DNA from: Octopus sinensis
Lineage: Eukaryota
Direction: 5' to 3'
Assembly (NCBI RefSeq): GCF_006345805.1
Contig: NC_043002.1
Location: 55,552,001 to 55,616,000 of the forward strand
DNA length: 64,000 nt
A model generated the notes under the pieces. The model saw only the letters and a program-made list of their open reading frames with translations, did no database searches and had not been told where the DNA came from. A program made the translations under genes and the position numbers. Of the stretch, positions 58,556 to 64,000 are shown piece by piece (position 1 is the first letter of the stretch; every line of letters begins with the position of its first letter).

Positions 58556-58640
58556 CTTAGCGAAAAATACATCTCCCATTGTTTTTAAGTGCGAAGTGCC
58601 AAAAATGGGACAAAATCGGTCCGGAAGCATGAAAATGGGA
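58129..58640 (+). repeat. Three tandem about 140-bp units, with a microsatellite slot in units 1 and 2
   Basis: Units start CCCATTGTTTTTAAG at about 58129, 58268 and 58576. Confidence 0.65.
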
Positions 58641-59896
58641 GATTCGTAAATTTTCAAACAATTTTTCCACAAAATGCTTCCCCACAATCTTTGCAAGGGT
58701 GTGGTGGGGAAAATATATGAAAAATCCCCGTCAAGACAGAGAAAATCCAATTTATGAGGATGTGCTGCTCTGAAAGTCCGCCGAGAGACATTCTATCGTC
58801 AAAATTACTCGGCAAACGATGGGGAGCTCAGCCATTATACATACATACATACATACATACATACATACATACATACATACACATACATACATACATACAT
58901 ACATATCTATCTGTGGGTGTGTGGGGGATGTAGATTGTTATGTATAAGTATCCTCTAATAATATAATTGGGTGTAAATACAATGAACAATAGAAAAGAAC
59001 ACTGGAGGAATAAAGAGTAAGAAATAAGCTTTACATTTTCAATGGAAAGAGAAAATGTATTGACATTTCGGAGGTTAGCACTTCATTTGAAGAGAAAAGC
59101 AGAGGGTGAGAGAAAGCGAACAAGTGAGAGAGAGAGAACAAGTGAGAGAGAGAAAACAAGTGATAGAGAGGGAGAGAGAGAGAGAGAGAGAACTAGAGAG
59201 AGAAGAAAAATCGGGCGAAAAGTTAGAAACTAGCGTGTTGGTGTATGGTGTGTGTATGCGTGTAATCGTAAGGTGGATAATACGAAAGCATGCATTCGAA
59301 GAGGTGAAAGTGGGTGGGATGCGAGTGTGAAGGGAGAAGATATTGGTGAAGCAAAAAGCATGGCAACATAATATCCAAGTGGCGGGGTTCGTGTGTGGCA
59401 GGATTGTGTGCAAAATTACGTAGGAGTGTGACATGTTTTCATGGAGCCAATGTAAATTGCCAATAGCATATGTAAAAATACGAAAACCGTTAGCAAATTT
59501 TGAAATAAAGGGTAATTTGTTTTTAATCTGTGTCATTAATAACAGAAATATATTGTTAAATCGCTGTTAGCTTTTAACGTATAATAAACAATGAGCTGAT
59601 TGTTTTGGAACTCAATGAACGGTATTCACAAATATTTAACACCATCAAAATTGACGGCTAATTGTAGTATCTATATAAATATGGATGGTAAATCAAATTA
59701 ATACACTTGTCAATGTTATCTGGTGGTTGTCTTTTGAGATGTGACATTGATCATTGTTTGTTTCTGAAAGAACGCTGATTCACACATACAAACATTCACA
59801 TACTTCCCTTGTACACGCACACACATATACACATATAGTTGAAACGATGTTTGATTTTTCTTTTCAGCGTTGAATGTTCCCCATCCCACTGCCATT

Positions 59897-59935
<39 letters not shown>

Positions 59936-61478
59936 CACCACACACACACACACACACACACTCACTCACACAAACAAATAAACATTCATATACATCCTTT
60001 TTACATACATACACAAAGTTGAAACGCTCTCACTACCAGTGTGCCATCACCTCTTCCTTCCTCATTCATATGCTGTGACGGAGAAAAATAAAGACTATTA
60101 TTATAGCAGAAGATAGTTTCACTAAATATAAACCATAATTTCTTGTGTAGTGTGTTAAAAAGAAGTGAATAAATATTTGGCTGAGTGGAAGAAGACCATG
60201 TTTTAAGTGTTTTGTTCTACCGTACGAATAGGATGCGATAATTAAATAATAGAAATAAAAACAACGTACTGCATTGTGATGGTTGTATTCAGCAGAGATA
60301 AAAATAGAAATATTCAATTAATTTATCCGAATATTAAAACTCTTTGTATAAAAATATGCTGTTTATAATACGCGGAAAATACAATTTACAAACTTCCTCT
60401 TCATCATTTGTTTCTTTGTGAAATTGTTTAAAAATACTTTTTAGGTTATCAGGATGTTATGGTCAAGATGCTGATGAAGATTAATAAAACTGAGACGGCC
60501 GAAGTGTTGGTAAAATTCATAGTCTATAGAAAATGGAAACGGATATCAGAAGAAATATCGTAGTTAACATAACTTTTATTTACCGTTTACGAGACAAACA
60601 AGAGCTTCGTGTTGTTGTTGACACATAGGGGTCAGTTGTAGTTCTGGTGTCGCTAGTATAGATGCCTTTGGTCATTGTAGTATACTATTAAATGGTCAAA
60701 GGAAAAGGAGAAAGAGAAACTAAGAGAATTCACCTGAGAGGATAAAAGAGGTATGTTACCTCTGTGATAGCCACGGAGTAAAGAGCTAGGGACGCATCTT
60801 AACTGTCCGACAGCGTTGAGAAAAGAAAGCAGGAAAGTTAACTTCTGCTACAGGCGCCGAACCAAAAAAAAAGGGGGGATTCTGTTTAGTGTTCGTAGCT
60901 GAACTTGGCCCACAGTGACAAGTTGACAGCTGAATCTCATAAATTTCTGATTGCAAAGTCTTGAGAACAAAGGAAAGAAACTTGCGCCTTGTTCAGAATT
61001 CAGGATCTAATTACATCAGTACTTCCCACCACCCTGTGAGCTTTTGATTATAGGCGAAATGAAACGAATTTGTGGAGATGTACACCGTGTGGGGATTGAA
61101 CAGCGTTCAGAACTGTGAATGGATCTGAGTGCAGCTGTGTGGTCTCAGTAACAATGGATATTTCGTGGGTTATCAAAGCTGAACTTGATCCATAATGGTC
61201 AAGAAGTTGACGGTTAAGTCTCTTAGATCTCTGAGAGCAAATTCTTAAGAACAAAGGAAAGATTCTTGCAGAAACATTGAAGCGTGATTAGGGCCGGCCC
61301 TACGGTTGTTGGTCACCCGAGCAAGCTGAACTTCAGCGTGTACAAGCTGGCGCTCATGGAAATGTCTTTGTCTTTGTCACGCCCTCCTTGGCGCCCCGGT
61401 CGACTGCCCGAGTTGCCAGTACCTTGAGCCGGTCTTAGCTGTGGTTTCAATTCCGGGTTCAGAATCCAGGATCTAAAC

Positions 61479-61687
61479 CAGCGGTTCTTAATTGCGGCTT
61501 CCAAGGCTTCATGCGACCCCCAAGCATCACTCCGGTGGAACCCCGGTGGTCCATCCTCTACAAATATATATAATTGTTTCTTTAATTGACTTGTGTTTCC
61601 ATTTGGAAGGTGGGGTGCAAGGGAAGCCCCATGAAAAATTTCGGGTTTGGGATCTGACCCGGATGTTAAGAAGGTTGAAAACCACTG
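61479..61687. mobile_element. hAT-like MITE
   Basis: Termini CAGCGGTTCTTAA / GGTTGAAAACCACTG resemble CAGTGGTTCTCAACC-type TIRs. The 8-bp flanks ATCTAAAC / ATCGAATC match 6 of 8. Confidence 0.55.
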
Positions 61688-62731
61688 ATCGAATCACTTC
61701 GTTGATGTGTGTGTGTACGTGTTTGTGTATGTGTGTGTGCATGTGTGTATGTTTATGTGTGTGTCTGTGTGTCTGTGAGTGTGTATGCTATGTGTGTGTG
61801 TGTTTATATGTATGTGTGTATGTTTGGATGTGTGTGTGTTTATTTGTATGAGTGTGCGTTTGTCCGTATGTGCGTTTGTATGTATGCATGTTTCCTTGTT
61901 TGTATGTATGCATTTGTATGTGTTTGTTTTTAGTATGTTTGTATGTGTATTTACTTGTGCGTGTATTTGTATGTTTGTGTATGTTTGTTTTTGTGTGTAT
62001 GTGTGTAATAATTTGTGTGTTTGTGTATGTTTGCGTGTATGTGCATGTGCTGACACATGACACTAGTGAATATGGAATTAAAACTCTAAATTTCTACAAG
62101 TTCACTTTTATTTTATTTTATTTTGTTGTAATGTTTAAAGATATAAAAAGATATAAAAATGTTTTAAGATGATAAAAATTCGAATTTAAAGCATGCGTCG
62201 CTTTGCCTGTATACTTTATGGCAACAGTAATTACATAACAATTAGAGCAACTAAATCCGTAATTATCACATAATTAAAACAGATATGTCACATAATCTAT
62301 TAGTTGACAGTACAGTTTATATGGCTTGGAAATTCCGTTGATAAAATAGTGTGATGTAGAATCTGAAAATAAGAAATGGTTCACGAAAACGATACCAGTG
62401 CGAGAAAGAGAGGGTGAGAAAAGAGATAGTAAGAGAGGGAGAGAGAAAGGATGAAGAGATAGGGGGAGAGAGAGGGGAAGAGAGAGGGGGAGAAAGAGAG
62501 CATTGATAGTACATTTCTTTCATTTTATGAATGACTAACATTGAATTGTAATGAGAGACAGTCATCGTCATCCATCATTATTAATTATCTTCTTCCTATC
62601 ATATATTTGCGTTCTTACTCAAAATCTAAATCCATTCTGGCATCTGTATTTACAAGAACGTCGCCCTAAACAAGTATTGAACCCACAAACTCGATTACAC
62701 TTCACCAAACCACTCCTCACAAAAGCCCACC

Positions 62732-62781
<50 letters not shown>

Positions 62782-62959
62782 CACACACTTGTACCAACAT
62801 TTGAAACCATCGGCGGAGATGGGCTTTGCCTTTCATCCTTTTGGGGTCGATAAATTAAGTATCAGTGAAACACTGGGGTCGATGTAATCGAAAGTCCCCT
62901 CCCCCACAATTTCAGACCTTGTGCTTATAGGAGAAATGATTATTATTATTATCATCATT

Positions 62960-63150
62960 ATTTAACGCGCCGAATAAAATGCTTAGCGGCATTTCGTCCG
63001 TCCTTACGTTCTGGGTTCAAATGCCACCGCGGTCGACTGTGCCTTTCACCCGTTCGGGTTTGATAAAATAAGTACCGCTGAATACTGGGGTGGATGTAAT
63101 TGATTGGTCTCCTCCCCACAAATTTCAGGCTTTGTGTCTTTAGTAGAAAG
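62960..63150 (+). mobile_element. SINE copy (family of 57563-57770)
   Basis: AAATGCTTAGCGGCATTTCGTCC...GGGTTCAAATGCC...GTCGACTGTGCCTTTCAC...GATAAAATAAGTACC. Confidence 0.65.
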
Positions 63151-63169
63151 GATTATTACCACAATTATT

Positions 63170-63312
63170 TGCCTCGTCTTTCAATTTTTGCTTCCATTTC
63201 TTGCCGAGTGTCTTCCCGACACCTAGCACAAAGAAACTCATTGAATAGGTTACTAGGCCATTAGAATAAACACACCAGATTGTTCTTTTGCAAAGCCATA
63301 TGATACAAAAGG

Positions 63313-63362
<50 letters not shown>

Positions 63363-63364
63363 AA

Positions 63365-63400
<36 letters not shown>

Positions 63401-64000
63401 AATGAAAAAAGAAAGAAAAAGTAAAGAAAAAATAGGAAATAAATGAAAAAAGAAAACAGAAAATAAAGTGGGAGGATAGAAAATTCACAGCGCCAATGCT
63501 CTTCTCAATACGTGTGACATCTATTGAAGGCAATTTTTTGCACTTCTTGCATGGATGGTAAGCCAGGAGTCATCCTCAAATAATTTTCCGTTCCTTTTTT
63601 TATCATTCCAAGTGCTTCTACAATCTCTAGTATTGCAACTGACTTGAGATGCCACATTCTTTCGATTTCGATCAGCAAATCTTTATATCTTCCGAGCTTT
63701 ATATCTTCTCTTTTGCCGAGATATTATGATCACAAGGTATGCTCATGTCAATCAATAAACAGACTGAATGTTGTTTGCTGTCAAAGGCCTTTTTATAATC
63801 AATCTATGCAGAACTGAAATTTCTGCGTTTGATTTTACGATTCTTAAGGATCATGCAATTGATAAGGTGTTTATTTTGGCATCCATATGAGATTTTTCGG
63901 CACCCTTTTTGATCAGTGGGGAAAGTATCCTTCTGTTCCATAAATGCGCATGTTTTCTCCATGAGGATGGATGTTAAAATTTTATACGTGGTAGATAGAC
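63170..64000 (-). mobile_element. R4/Dong-like retrotransposon with internal deletion, runs off window end
   Basis: The 3'UTR is the reverse complement of 33570-33650. YKDLLIEIERMWHLK..ALGMIKKGTENYLRMTPGLPSMQEVQK is joined to an RT-region piece (QKGC, broken DYKK motif). Confidence 0.8.

Overview
AT-rich, microsatellite-dense animal genomic DNA. The repeat content resembles an octopod cephalopod; this is inference, not a database match. The main result is a cluster of four paralogous five-exon genes, which the ORF track shows only as fragments: A (-, 5039-7898), B (+, 11061-14253), C (-, 29929-42247) and D (+, 49277-52234). They form two head-to-head pairs. Splicing by eye gives a 240-aa precursor (B and D intact; A and C each carry a single 1-nt exonic deletion). 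It has a signal peptide, 6 N-glycosylation sequons, 6 shared mature-chain Cys and four predicted amphipathic helices. The coding exons are 10/158/165/231/159 nt with intron phases 1-0-0-0, the architecture of class-I long-chain four-helix cytokines (IL-6/IL-11/G-CSF/GH-prolactin). The promoters have a TATA box, a kappaB-like GGATTTTCC and a STAT-like TTCCCGTAA. I do not recognise the family. The working hypothesis is an undescribed invertebrate helical cytokine (possible JAK/STAT ligand) family, and this fold assignment is untested. The rest is transposon-derived or simple repeat: a Tc1-like element, an RTE LINE with a PHD finger, a stack of R4/Dong-like retrotransposons in (TAA)n, Tx1/L1-like copies flanked by (GATA)n, a Penelope RT fragment, non-autonomous Helitrons, MITEs/foldbacks, tRNA-derived SINEs and segmental duplications. 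No rRNA, bona fide tRNA or CRISPR array was seen. Scattered 1-nt deletions suggest residual long-read errors, so the pseudogene calls are provisional. All coordinates and counts were read by eye, and TE boundaries are approximate unless termini are quoted.
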